Origin: the human T2T-CHM13v2.0 reference genome, Homo sapiens | Reading direction: 5' to 3' (one strand) | DNA length: 64,000 bases | Assembly (NCBI RefSeq): GCF_009914755.1 | Contig: NC_060938.1 | Translations under genes and position numbers: made by a program | In this document: positions 42,383 through 54,988 of the stretch, piece by piece | How the letters are laid out: each line of letters starts with the position of its first letter | Numbering within the stretch: the stretch's first letter is position 1 | The notes under the pieces: generated by a model | What the model was told of the DNA's origin: nothing | Databases searched by the model: none | The model's input: only the letters and a program-made list of their open reading frames with translations

Positions 42383-44177
42383 GGAAAAGCTTTTTATACT
42401 CTAAAAGGCTGCCTGCAGTTTCAGTTGGTTAGCTGGGGAAGAACTCAGATGAATAAATTCTTTTTTGAGAGAGAATTATTTTTAAAATGCCCAAAGAGAC
42501 ACGAAATGTAGCCTTAGGAAGTACATCCTTATTTATACCTCATAAGAAATACCTTAGGCTATTTTCTATTTGGGACCAATTTAGCCAAAAAGAAAAAGAT
42601 TAAAACTTACACAGATTAAAATAAAGATTATAATATACGCAGCAAAGTATAATGAATTTTACCACTGTCAGTTGGTTTAAGAAAGGGTGTAGCAACCTTA
42701 AAGAGGAAATGGGAGGAAGGTTCTAGAGATGAGGCCCCAGGATGGAAAAGCTTGGGTCCTAAGAACATTCATGTCCTAAGGAGAAGTACTTCCTGGGCAG
42801 GACATGTTTGATAAATTTTGAAATACAGTGGTATCTGATATCACATTCAAAATCATATTTGGCCCAGCACTGTGCCAAACTCTTCTTTAATTATGAAAAT
42901 ATTCAGTAAAAACTGCTGCAGAAAATATCCTTGTCTGAATGTTCTTTTAGAAAATGAAGTAAGAGGCTCTATATCCTAGGCAGATGGGGAGGAGAGAGGA
43001 CTCTGGTTGCCAGAGGTGAGCTATCAATTGGACAATCAAGAATTCAGGGCAGCAGTAATTTGGAGTGAAAGAGGGCTGTGAGGTGTAGGGCCCTCTGGGA
43101 AATCTCAGTAAGTAGGGTAGGTTGGGCCTTGTGCCGTTTTGTGTAGAGTGTAAAGATGAGAATTGTCCTAGAAGTCAACTCATTTTCAGTACGAGGAAAC
43201 TAAAGCACAGAGAAATCATCTGAGTTCTTCTTGTTTAGAAGATTATTACAGACAAGGATACAACTAGAAAGCAGTTTTTCTGATGTCTGTCTTTGGACAG
43301 CTGTCTGCTGGATGCCAGTCTACTCTAGATGATGGTTTTAGGGGCAATTGTATAACTTGCATTTCTGGGCAGATGGCAATTGTCATACTACCTGTGACAT
43401 ATGTTCTTCCTAACTCTGAGAACCTCCCCTTATGTTCCATCCCATTTGGTGCCTGCTTTGTGTATGTGGAGCTAGAATTTACATCGAACTTAGAATTTAC
43501 ATTACTGTATATGAAGCCAACTGGCAGAACAATGTAGACTCTAAAGCTTATACAATTTGAGTGGAGGCCTCTGTAAGAAAAAGAATCAAATTTTATGAAT
43601 ATGTTATTAGACATAAAAGTGAATATTTATCTGGAAACAAACCACAACCACGTATACATTTTTTAAAAAAGGTGACAAATGCCATAAACACAAAGAAATC
43701 CTCAAAGATAATGATTTCTACATTATTTAGTAGCCTGCCACTTGTCTATCATACATCTTTTCTGCATGCTATTTCTTCACATAACAGCATTTTGTAATAC
43801 TATTTTTTATTGGAAGAATATAAAGATAATTCTGTTTTCCTCTAGAGGGGCCGATTGATACTTTTTTGTATTTTTGATAATAATAAATATATAGACATAC
43901 TCTCTGTTTGTAGGACAGCTATAGATTTGTACCCTTTAACCATAGGAATTCAGTTTAATTCTACTTTGCATGATTCCCATCAAAAAAGAAAAGACATATG
44001 TGGTGTTTGTAATCGCATCATACGCACTATTGCGTCTATTCCTGAGAGAACTTTTTTGATTATGCATCCTTGAGAATGGAATCTATTTATAATTTAATAT
44101 ATCTGATATATACAATTCTTCACATTATGCCACTTTCAAGCATCCGGCTACAGACCTTTCAAACCTTGTTTTTCCCC

Positions 44178-44506
44178 TGCTATAGTCTAAATGTTTGTGC
44201 CCTCCTAAAATGCATGTGTTGAAATCCTAACCCCTAAGGTGATGGTATTAGGAAGAAGGGCCTTTGGGAGGTAATGAGTTCATGAGAGTGGAGCCCTCAT
44301 GAATGGGACTAGTGCCTTATAGAGGAGACCCTGTGAGAACAGAGTGGGAAGGTGGAAAGCAGACTCTTAACAGATACTGACTCTGCTGGTCAGTATCTTC
44401 GATCTTGGACTTCTCAGTCTCCAGAACAATGAGAAATAAATTTCTGTTGTTTATAAGTCACCCAGTTTATGGTATTTTGTTATAGTAGCCCAAATGGACT
44501 AAGACA
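44178..44506 (+). mobile_element. MLT1A0-like MaLR solo LTR
   Basis: tgctatagtctaaatgtttgtgccc...aataaatttctgttgtttataag...ggactaagaca. Confidence 0.88.
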
Positions 44507-44539
44507 TCTCTAATTCCTTCATGCTACCAGTTTTGGGCA

Positions 44540-45002
44540 ACATGTTCACCTCAAATAGCAATTTGGCCCAGCACCATTGTGTCCAGTGCAGGACAGGTTG
44601 GCACATTGGGTGGTGGGAATATTCCTGGAGGCCATCCCTACAACGGAAGGGCTTATAATAGTTTAACTATATTCAGAAGTGACTGAGAACTGTTTACGTA
44701 TACCGCATAAACCAAAACTAGATGTGTGCCCAACTGAACTTCTGCTTAGCCAAATTGTAAAAATGCCTGTAGCCATTCAAACTTTACCAACACAGTGGGA
44801 AGTCCAATGGTGAGAACAGCAGAGTGGAAAGAAATAACAGTCTTCACTAATTCTGATTAAAATTCTTATATTAGCAAATTTTACAAACACACATGGACCA
44901 TGTGGATATATTACAGGGCTCCTCCCAGAGCCTTGGAAGCAGTCTGTGCAATTTCTGGAGCCTGAAATTTAAGCTTTATTTTGCTTGGTAAATACAGCTC
45001 TG
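44540..45002 (-). mobile_element. MER115-like hAT-Tip100 DNA transposon fragment
   Basis: gaatattcctggaggccatccctaca...ttaactatattcagaagtgactgagaac...ggtaaatacagctctg terminus. Confidence 0.7.
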
Positions 45003-45602
45003 CTAACTGGTTGAGCAGTTACTTATTAGGTGAGTTTCACTTTGGACCAACTGCTTGGGCAAAGGCCTATATTCTAAAAGCACACTATTGCTTACTTGGG
45101 TTTTTTTCTCCCTAAGAGAATTCTGGCTTTGGCAAGTAGTGGTGCATAATGAAGACTTGCTTACTTTTCTCCCTGGAGAGATTGTTATGATTAGATTTGA
45201 TAAACCTAATCATAACTTTAATAAGAAAATGCTTTTATATTATTATTTGCCCATGCTCTGTGTGTGGGTTTTATTGGCCGTATACTGTATTTACTAATTC
45301 CTTAGGCTTATAAACAAAGATGCTCAGGGAAAGCTTCCTGGCCAAGGGGTTTCTGGGTGGATCAACTACTATGCATTCAAATGCTCCAAAGAATCAGAAA
45401 AGGGTGTTAACTGTGGCAGAGAATTGAGAGGGGCATCCCTAGCAAAATGAAGACACTTGCTGTTTCTCATCAAAGTCAGCCTTATTAATTGTGTTCTAAG
45501 AATTTTCTCTCCTATGTTTCCTCCTTTTGTTACAGTAGATCTCTTTATTGCTTTGAGGTGCATTAGTGAAGAGGCTTCAAAAAAAAAAAAAAATAAGTGA
45601 AT

Positions 45603-46078
45603 TGTCAAGATCCTAGCAGGAAGAGGTGGAGTAATTAAGGGCAGATTAGTGAAAGAACTTTTTTCATGGGCATGGTCAGGGTTAAGGAAAACCAATATAG
45701 GATGGTGCTATACCCCCTATTGTAACAACAAGCTGTTGCACCTGTAAACTTGAAGGGTCTAGTGGAGGGGGCTGCTACTGACACCTGGAGAGAGAGCTTT
45801 AGCTATAGGAGAGGGACATCCAGCAGGAAAGCTGGCCTCTAGTAAGGAATTACTTTCGACCTACAGCCTGGCAGGGCTGAGTTAGGGGAATAAACACCCT
45901 GATACTCCTTCTTCTCCTGTCCTTTGGTCTCCTGTGGGTGAATATCAACAAATCTCAACAATAAACAAAAGGGCAGTAAAGCCCACTGATAAAGTCAATA
46001 AAGGCCAGCTTTCTAGGTCTTGGGTGAAGATTTTGAGGGTAGAGGGCTTGAAGAGGTAAAGAGAAAATAACCAGTAGA
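45603..46078 (-). mobile_element. Old ERVL LTR (LTR33/LTR67-like)
   Basis: gtcagggttaaggaaaaccaa...ggatggtg...ggggaataaacaccctga...aaataaccag. Confidence 0.55.
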
Positions 46079-46328
46079 GAGGGCTATTTAAATTGGAGTC
46101 ATACCTTTACAAAACTGGCCCAAGAAGAAAAGATCTGCATATCCTTGCATCAATTTAAATATCTGCCTCTCCCTTGCATTTCTAACATCCTGAATTTTTC
46201 TTTTTTGAGGAAAGACTGGCTGCCCACCTTAAGGGAATACAGTCAGCAGGCAGCCCTCAACCTGTCAGCTCCATCAGAGTTTGTCTCAGCTGCAAAAAGC
46301 CATCTTGCCAGATGTCAAGTTATCGTTT

Positions 46329-46966
46329 CATTGGGGCTTAGAAAATGATACCCCAAAGTATGGTGCTTTGAGATGTTTAGTACAAAAAGATATTGGAAGG
46401 GCACAGAAGTAGCCTCAGAAGCAAATTCTCTCTCTGACCTTATCCTGCCCTCCTGTCTCCCATCCCTCTTTGTCCCCTGAAGCAAGTCATAGAAACTAGA
46501 ATTTCTCTTTTCTAAAGTGGATCACAGAAACCAGAACCCTGATCTCCCGAAGGAAGCAATAAAACCTAGAAAGATAACTTTTTTCCCTCATCCTTCTCCC
46601 TTGAAGATCCTCATTCCAGGGGTGTTCTGTCTTATACCTGGGGGAAGTATGCTGTGTAGAAAGGCCAAGAAGAATCTAAACAAATAGGCCTTTCCAGGAT
46701 TCCCCTCTTAATCTGTTACCATTGGATTATACCCTTTTGTCAAATCACATTTTTATATGGCTGTCCATTCTTCATAAAACCTAAGCATAAAACCAGTTTT
46801 CCCTGCGTCTTGGGTCTTCATTTCTGAAGTCTCCTGTGTCATGTAAAACTTTGATTAAATATATTAGTTATGCTTTTCCATTATTTGCCTGCCTTTTGTT
46901 ACAGAAATGTCAGCCATACCTCTCATGATGGGTAAGAAAAGGTATTACACCTTTTCTGCTTCTACA
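46329..46966 (+). mobile_element. ERV1 solo LTR (MER39-like)
   Basis: ttggggcttagaaaatgataccccaaagtatggtgctttg...gggtcttcatttctgaag...ttctaca. Approximate 4-bp TSD gttt/cttt. Confidence 0.82.
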
Positions 46967-47729
46967 CTTTCTAGCATAGACTTCCTTTCAATCAAATCAA
47001 GTAGCTTAAAATCCTTCTTTTCACATATCTTTTACAAAGTATTCTCTACTTAATATCGTCCTAACCTTACCACTTTTCATTACAGGAAAACTTGTGAATA
47101 GAATAAGACATTAAATTTTTCTTTGGAATATTTTTACTGGAACAAGTCTTTTCTCATTTCAATGACAATAATAAAAAATTTTGCACATGCTAGAATTATC
47201 TTTTTTTCTATTTCAATTAGTGATTTTTTAAAAAATTCCATATATTCTGAACATTGATAATTAAGTTTCCTTGAGTTGGGAGAAATATGTCAACATTTAT
47301 GTTGTGGAGACATTCTTGTCAACAAATTTGTATATTTCCAAGATAGAAATGTCCTGAATTCTACCCCAGTATCCTCTAATGCTTTATGTGACTTATTCAG
47401 AGAAAATTCCATCTGATCTTGGCTCAGTCTGCTCACTTTATGATCTGCAATGAAAACTATTATGCTGTGGCATGGGAGCTATCAGCAAAAGAAGATAATT
47501 TGGTGTTTTCTGGTTTTTAGTCATACTGATATCCTTTTCATCTCTCTTAGGATATTTATGAATGATCTAATTGGCAGTTTACAAAAAAAGCTTTCTAATT
47601 CTTTAATGTCACATTGTTTTTCCAGATCCTACCATGTATTGATAATAAATCTAAATTCCTTTCTTAGTGGATTTTACTTTTTTTAAATGCATTTTATGGC
47701 TTTTGATTTTTTTCTAACTGAGGCTGTTT

Positions 47730-48150
47730 ATGCTTGCAGTTGGGAAATAAACATGGAATTGTCTGGAAAGCTGGTAAAATCACTAATAATATAAAACAAT
47801 ATAACATTTTGGTACAAAACACACATTGATTATGAGAATGTTTTGCCATGTTATGTGAAATAAGAGGGAGAGTCAGTGAAATTAATTCACAACAAAAACT
47901 TTTTATAGAATTCTAATACTAAACAAAAAGGCAAGCACATTATAATGCCATTTATATAAAGGTTTTAAGAGTACAAACAATGCTCTATGTTATTTGGTAC
48001 ACATACACATATATATATATACACACATATTTAAGTAAATATATATAGGCATACATGGATATATAAACATTGAATAAAAAATAGTTACTTTTAGAATGGG
48101 CAGGAGTAATGGAATTATGGATAGATAAACAGAGAGCTTCAGTTGTATTC
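47730..48150 (+). mobile_element. L1ME-type 3' end fragment containing a TA/CA-rich tract
   Basis: tataatgccatttatataaagg...aaacaatgctctatgttattt. Confidence 0.55.
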
Positions 48151-48159
48151 ATATTTTTC

Positions 48160-48975
48160 ATCTCTTTCTCTGTCAAGCTTCAATCTGGTTATTTTCCTTT
48201 CATGTATCTTCTCATTTACTAATCCTCTCTTCAGCTGTGTCTAATTTTCTGTTAAATCTGTCTATTGAGTTCTCAGTTTTAACTTACTTTAAATCCTGTG
48301 ATTTCCATGTTATAATACTTTTCATATTTCTGCTAAAATTCTTATAACTGTCTAATTTTTGTCAAGAACTGACAAGGGTCTAATATTTAGCCATACTTAC
48401 AGCCTAACAAGTTAACATGCCAAAGTTTCATGGATCCTTACAGAAGACATGAGACATCTGGATCAGAGAAATACGACTTTATTACTCACAGCACAGCAAT
48501 GTGCATGTGATTCCTGGTTGCATTGGTTTCCCTTGCTCCCTTAGTCCCATAGGATGATCATGAAGAGCAGTTTAGCTGGATACTGCGCATGAAGTGGGTC
48601 TGTGTCAAAGTTGAGCATCTCCAACTTGAGAAACCAAAATCTTTTATAATGGGCTAGAAGCAGATATTTTCTTTTTCCTTGGAAGGGACATTGTTTTTAT
48701 TATACCATATAGTAAACCTATCTGCTGCTTCAGAGGGAGACACTATCACTCTTTTGCAAGGTTGTTTGCTGCATTAGTATATTTTAAAAGCTATTCTAGA
48801 ACAAAAAGTGTCAATGCTTTTATTGCAACATGGTAGAAACCCAAGAAACCCATTAAGAACTATTTTTCAACAATTTTTTAAACTTAATCACATATTTTAA
48901 AACAATTTCTAATATCTGCATCTTCCATGTGTCTCTTTTTACTGTCTGTTTTTTGTCCTTGGTTTTTAGTCCATA
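48160..48975 (-). mobile_element. Old L1/HAL1 ORF1-like fragment split by an LTR
   Basis: ttactaatcctctcttcagctgtgtctaattttctgttaaatctgtctattgagtt. Resumes after 48873. Confidence 0.6.
48360..48872 (-). mobile_element. ERVL solo LTR (MER54/MER74/MER76 group)
   Basis: tgtcaagaactgacaagggtct...gactttattactcacagcacagc...caaca. 5-bp TSD atttt on both sides. Confidence 0.78.
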
Positions 48976-50940
48976 GCAAATCTGTAGTGGTCATAGAAGG
49001 TGATTACAAAGTAAATTTTTGATGTTTTGTGACAATGAGGTGTTATTACTTGTTACTGTAGCATGCCCTGGCTTACTCTGACTGATTCAGAATGTTATGT
49101 TTATTTTTGTTGCTGCTCTAATTAGTGGATGCCAATGAATTCTTCCAAAACCAAAATGGAGCGTGAAAAACTTTTGAATTCAGATAGCAAAGTGTACACA
49201 TTTCCATGAATGATACTCGCACTCTACTTTCCACCTCTTACTTATTGCTTCTCCAGGATGAAGAAGCATGTTCGATTGATGACATGATGTAAGGGGTCTA
49301 TAATCTTTATTCCTAGGCCCGCTTTCTCTTTCAGGACACACGTATTCTCCTTATCTTACTGATGTAAGTTTCTGAGAGCACAGGCCTATTGTTTTCTAGT
49401 GCTCTGCTATCATTGGGGAGGTATGGTGAATTCTGATAGAGGAATAGTGAGAAGTCTAAATGTGTCAAGAGGCCAAAGTAGGTGCTCTGATCAAGTTTAC
49501 TGGCAACTAAATATACTGTGACGTTTCATCTACCTATGTCTTCTGTTTTGCCATTGGTTGCACATGGTTACAGATGGGGTATAATTGTCCATTCTTAGTC
49601 CCAACATAGAGGATCTCAGTAAACAAAATTTGTGAATCCATTACTTGCTTACAGTTATTTTCTGTTTGGCGGGCTGTTTTGCATATTGCTTCATGGACGT
49701 TAATGCAAACAGGCAAAAAAGTATAAAATAATGAAGTCACATTGAGAAGTAAATACTGAATTCAGTTATCAGCAGGCTCACTTCTGCAACCCTCCCCCAG
49801 TGTTAATCATGCTGAGGTTTCAGCAAAAGGACAACCAGAAGTCAAAGACCTTCAAAAGTTGCTTGGAATGATCAACAACACAAAGGTCGAATCCACAAAT
49901 GCCAAGGGTCAGCTGTGTGCGGGTGCTAGTGTTTAAGTCAAACCAGTGCAGAAATAACATGAGCATTGCAAGCCCCTTAACCTGCGAGTTGAAAGTTAGA
50001 GGAATTCAGGCTGGCACAGGGCTTACTCCTTTTGCTAGAGGGCCTTTCTGTTCGGAGTTTTTCTTTTTCAAGAACCACAGACATTTATTTTATTGCCACT
50101 CTATTCTGCAGCACAGTTTTTCCTTGGGCTAAGAATGGAATTACTAACATTGCTTGTTCCATACTCTGAAAATCGCTGTCAGGTGTGAATTAAATGCTTT
50201 ATTTGAAGATTTAAGCTCCTTCTCATCAGTCACAAAGGGAATTTTTATGAAATAATACTCATTGGCACTAATATAATTCTTTTCATTTTAGACTCTCTGA
50301 GTGCTTTGTAACAGTTTTCTCCCTGCCATCTACATTTCAATGACTCCTAACACCCTCCATCTAAGATCGCTGACAGAAACTCTAACCTAACTCCTTCAAC
50401 TCTTTCAGAGCTGCTTTAGTTGACTGCAAGTTGAAAACATTTGAATAATTGTTTATGGGTCCCTAGAGGAAGGAATAAGACAACTTTGATAATCTTCTGA
50501 CATATTGTGAATTCAGAAATTTAGGAGAGATGCGAAGGGTAAAAAGTGTCCCCCTGAGCTGACAGATTAAAAACAAGCAAGCAACCAGTCACCCCTACTG
50601 CTCCCTCAGACATACACACAAACCCACCAAAACTTTTCTTGATCTTCAAAAGATTACAAATCAGGACTTTAAATTATTCCACATTCCCACATGGGTGTTC
50701 AATCATAACTATTTTCTAGTTACTTTTAGTCATGGCATGTTTGAGTTGGAAGAAATGGTAAACACCATTAATAATCATTAATAATTCAGCCAAATCATTC
50801 TATAGATGAAGGATCTAGGATCAGAGAAATCTACTGATTTATTTAAGATCAAGCACAAAACTAATTAGTGCAAAACTGGGTCCCTGTATTCCTCACTTCT
50901 CTTCATTCCCACAGCCTTATACCAACTCTTATGTTCTACA

Positions 50941-51019
50941 TCCTTCCCTTCCCTTTCATTCCCTTCACCTCCTCTTCCTCTTCTTCATTCTCATTCCTTC
51001 CTTCTTTTTCTTCTTCTTT
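50941..51019. repeat. Polypyrimidine low-complexity tract
   Basis: About 80 nt of almost only C/T. Confidence 0.85.
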
Positions 51020-54000
51020 AATGTGGTAGCTAGATTTTAATCACATGGACAAAAGTTGTTTTCAAGAATGAGAAAAAATATGCTAATTCAAATGCAACTC
51101 ATAAGTAGACCTTCTCCCTTGTCACTGAGAAAGGCTTTTACTTGTACATTCTGTGTCATCAAAACCTTACAATATGTCATAGGGCTTCACTCACTAATTA
51201 AGGATTCTGTAAAACATAGGTTGTCATGTGAGGATAGAGCCTGGAATGTGCCATATCTTGAGATAAGAACTTTAGGAAAAATGTCTTCAGTGTATAATAC
51301 AAAATAACCACGGAAACCACATTCTTCAATGAATGGTCATCTTAACCTTTTATTCACCAGCAGTTTTTAACCTTCTTAGCCTGAAGTCATCCTTTAGAGT
51401 TTAGATCATTTTAAAGCATTTTTATTTTATTCATTTAAAAAATCCTGTGGAAGAGGCAGTATAAGGTGTTGACAGCTAAAAAGGCAGTAAGCCAAGGAAA
51501 AAAAGCCTGTTGGCTGACGTTTTGAAGGGGATCTGAGCTGTATGCTTCTAACTGCCTTTCTTAGTGGTCTAGTGTTCTTTCTTACTCCTGTGTGATTTAT
51601 ATAACCCTCAATTACTGGGTAGCACCTGTACAGCAGAATCACATGATGTTAGTGCTGGCAAGGGACTAAGAGATCCAACAACCTTCATTTCATTGATGAG
51701 CTTCGGAAGGGTGAAATGACATATCCAAGGTCACTTTCTAATTCTTCTCTTGGATTTGATTTCCTTTGGATATAAAGGTAGGTTGTTCTTTACTTTCTGG
51801 AAAGATGGAATTTCAATATAAGAAAGATCTTTATGGCAATTTGACCCTGGAGACTTTAAATGGAGCAGGAAATTCCAAATTATGATTCCCACAACAGTTT
51901 TAACTTGGCCACGGTCGGCATGATCATTAAGGTACAGTCTGTGGGATTACTACGTTAGCGTGTTTTCTTATAGCTTTAAAAAATTTAATTGAATTTGTAT
52001 TATGTGTAAGCTTGGTAGGTGCCTTTGTAGGGAAGAATTTTTCTGTCAACCAAACATATTGCTTTAGGAGAAAAACAGAAAGGGCGAAAGTAACTCAAGA
52101 GAATCAGGTCTGTTTCAACAAAGGACTCTCCCTGGATATGGGATGCACAGAGCTGAGACTAGGCAGAGTGCCACTGAGCTATTTTGCCAAGCTCATTAAA
52201 TTCTCTCTTGCCTGCCATAATTACCAACAAGTTAAGAAGGTGTTTTGTCGTCCTCATCTTTCTGAGGCATCGGAGTTGTAGGATTATTCCCCTGCCAAAG
52301 TGGCAGTCCTGTCTGCCTTGGTGAAGTTTGACTTTCTACCCATGACTGTGTAGCACTACTTGGAGACAATTGTGAACAATTTTAGAAGCTTGTCAGGGGA
52401 TTAGAGTTTAAAAAGTCTTGACAAAATCCAGTTGAATGTAGTTAAAGGAAAATATACTGTATCTCCAAATAAAATTAAAAAATTAAAGTTTTAACTTGCA
52501 TTCTTTTCCTAAAATTGTGTGCGTTCCTTTAATAATCATTTCTTTCCACCCTGTTAATTTACACAAGTGGAAATGGAGGTGTAGAGGCAGCAGGAGTCAT
52601 GGCCAAGATCAGGAGTGGCAGGGAACAAAACAGAAGCCTACAACCTATCATGTAGCACAGTACTTGGAAATAAAATGGAATTGTTAAAGAATGAATGAAT
52701 CCAGGTTTACGAATTTCCACTCATTACTTTTTTCATTACACCATGATTACCTGCCCATTGGGTCCCTCCTCTCATTCGCTTATCTCCTCTAGTTTCAGAT
52801 GACCCCATTTGCATTCTAGCTGACCTGCATTCAAGTTGGGAAACTTGAGTCCTCATTCACCAGGGCAGTCCCAAGATCTGTGTCTTTCCACATGGCTTGA
52901 ACAGGTGCTTCAATCAGTGTGCTAATTTGGGATTGCTGAGAGCACAAATCCCTATCTACTTGTTTCTTTTACCACGGACATTTTTAATCAAGCATCTAAT
53001 TTGGTCCTGGGGGACTTCACTCTGCTTTAATAATACATGTGACAAAATTTACCTCTTTGCTTTCAAAGTTGTTAATTATGGAGTGAATTTCAAATGAGCT
53101 ATTGCAGCTGAGAAATCATCCCTTTTAGTTGCTTATATACTTTAATACTGGAAAGAAGTAAAAAGCCATGAAGGGTTATAAAATACCTCTCCATATGGAC
53201 AGTAGTGCTTTGGGGGAACCAAACAGGGTAGTCATGAGGACTTTTTGGTGCTGGGCTTATATCAAGTTGTTTTCAGGTTATGCTGCAGACTTTACATGAC
53301 CCAGAGGGCTTAACCCACTTTCAAAGCAGATGGAAGAAGATCAGATTTAGGGAGGGAGCCCTCAGATAGATGAGTGAGCTAGGTCATTGATCTCTTTAAG
53401 GAAGTAGAATCAGTTGCTTCAGGGGAAGACAGGTTCTTTATGCCTTCCAAAGTGAGCATAGCCAATTGCAGGTTGTTCCAGGCTTCTGGTGAACCTCGGG
53501 TGTATTCTCAAAATTATGTGTTGTGAATTCTTAAGGTCACTAAAGTCATTACTTCTTAATAAATTACCAGTGGGTTTCCAAGAGATTTTTAACAGGGCTT
53601 CTGGTCTTTCAGACATACAAATGCAGTTTAAATACTGATGCAGTTAAAAAGATTTAAATAATCATGTAAATTACTGTGTGTTAAAATTAGTAGAACCTAG
53701 CCAACTCATTTGCACATGTTAGTCTCAAAAGATGGCTTTTAGTGGCTTAGTTCCGGAGCTTCTGCCATTATTTTCCCATTACCTGAAATGATTACTGGGC
53801 TTTGCAAAAGACTTTGGGTGCCATACAAAATATTTACTTTAATTGTCTATGGGAACATGTCCTAGAAAATATGATTGCTTAGGAGTTGAAGTGTGAAATG
53901 GATCTTCATGAGGTAGTCATTTCATGTCATCTACTGAAAAAGTATGCTTAGTCTGGTACCAAGAGAAGACAGAAGAGAAGACAGGTAAGAAATTCTTTCC

Positions 54001-54929
54001 ATTTTGTTTTATGAGAAGTCCAGGCATTTTTTAACGAACCACAGATTGAACCCAGATTTACTAGGCATTACAGGGCCTGTGGAAAACAGTCTGAGTGAGC
54101 CAGTGCAATGTGATCCTGTCTTCAGATCCATCAGCAACCAAAAAAGTAGGTTAAGTTTTGGAACACGTGGGTGATGTTAATTTTCCTCCTGGGAACTGGC
54201 CTAGTAAGAGAAATGTTGCCAGTAGAAACTAGCTATTTTGTGGAGTAATAAAGCTGTGATAGAAAAAGGGTGAAATCTGATTAGTATTGGGCTAGACAAG
54301 GAAGAACCATCACTCCTGTGTTTGTTATGTAAGGAAAACCTACGGTGACTATAAATAGTTCTAGATGGGAGTGATTCACTTCACCACCACTAGTTTGCCA
54401 TCAGTTTCCTATTTATCAGATGAGGAGTTAGGAGAAGATAATGACAAAAGGCCCTTTCACTTCTAATATTTGTTTGCGTCTAGATGGTAGGCTGTAGCGT
54501 TGTATAAGGGAAAGCCCACTATCAGGATCTCAGGAGGCTGGTGGTAGTTGTGACTCTGACACTAAAGTATTGCCACTAGTTTTGGGTATTAAGAAGTATT
54601 TTTGGTTTTGCACAATATTTTACATGAATCTTTTTTTTTTGGAATGAATTCCTAATGCTAGATCAAAAGTACTCATTTATAAAATGTTTATTCTATTACC
54701 AGAACAAACCCACCACATTACACTCATACTAGTTATATAATTTTGCCTACTTCACTACAAATTCTCCCCAAATGAATATTATAATGAAAATAAATCAAGA
54801 TCAATATGAGAGTTTTGAAAATGACTTAGCAACACAAAAGATATGAATGCCTTCAGAAACATTTAGATGGCTTAAAGTATTGTTTTGTAGCTTTTTAATT
54901 TATCTGTGGCTAATATTTTACCCAAGATT

Positions 54930-54988
54930 AGTGTGTGTGTATATACACACACATATATGCGTATATATGTATATGTACATGTATATAA
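54930..54988. repeat. (TG)(TA)(CA) alternating purine-pyrimidine tract
   Basis: Includes the palindrome tgtgtgtgtatatacacacaca. Confidence 0.85.

Noticed and set aside
43840-43854. CTCF-like cctctagaggggcc (also about 13386 and 60588)
   Set aside because: Mismatches at core positions
43264-44073. Cluster of consecutive short ORFs suggesting a processed pseudogene
   Set aside because: There is no recognisable protein similarity, poly-A or TSD. Tblastx would settle it.
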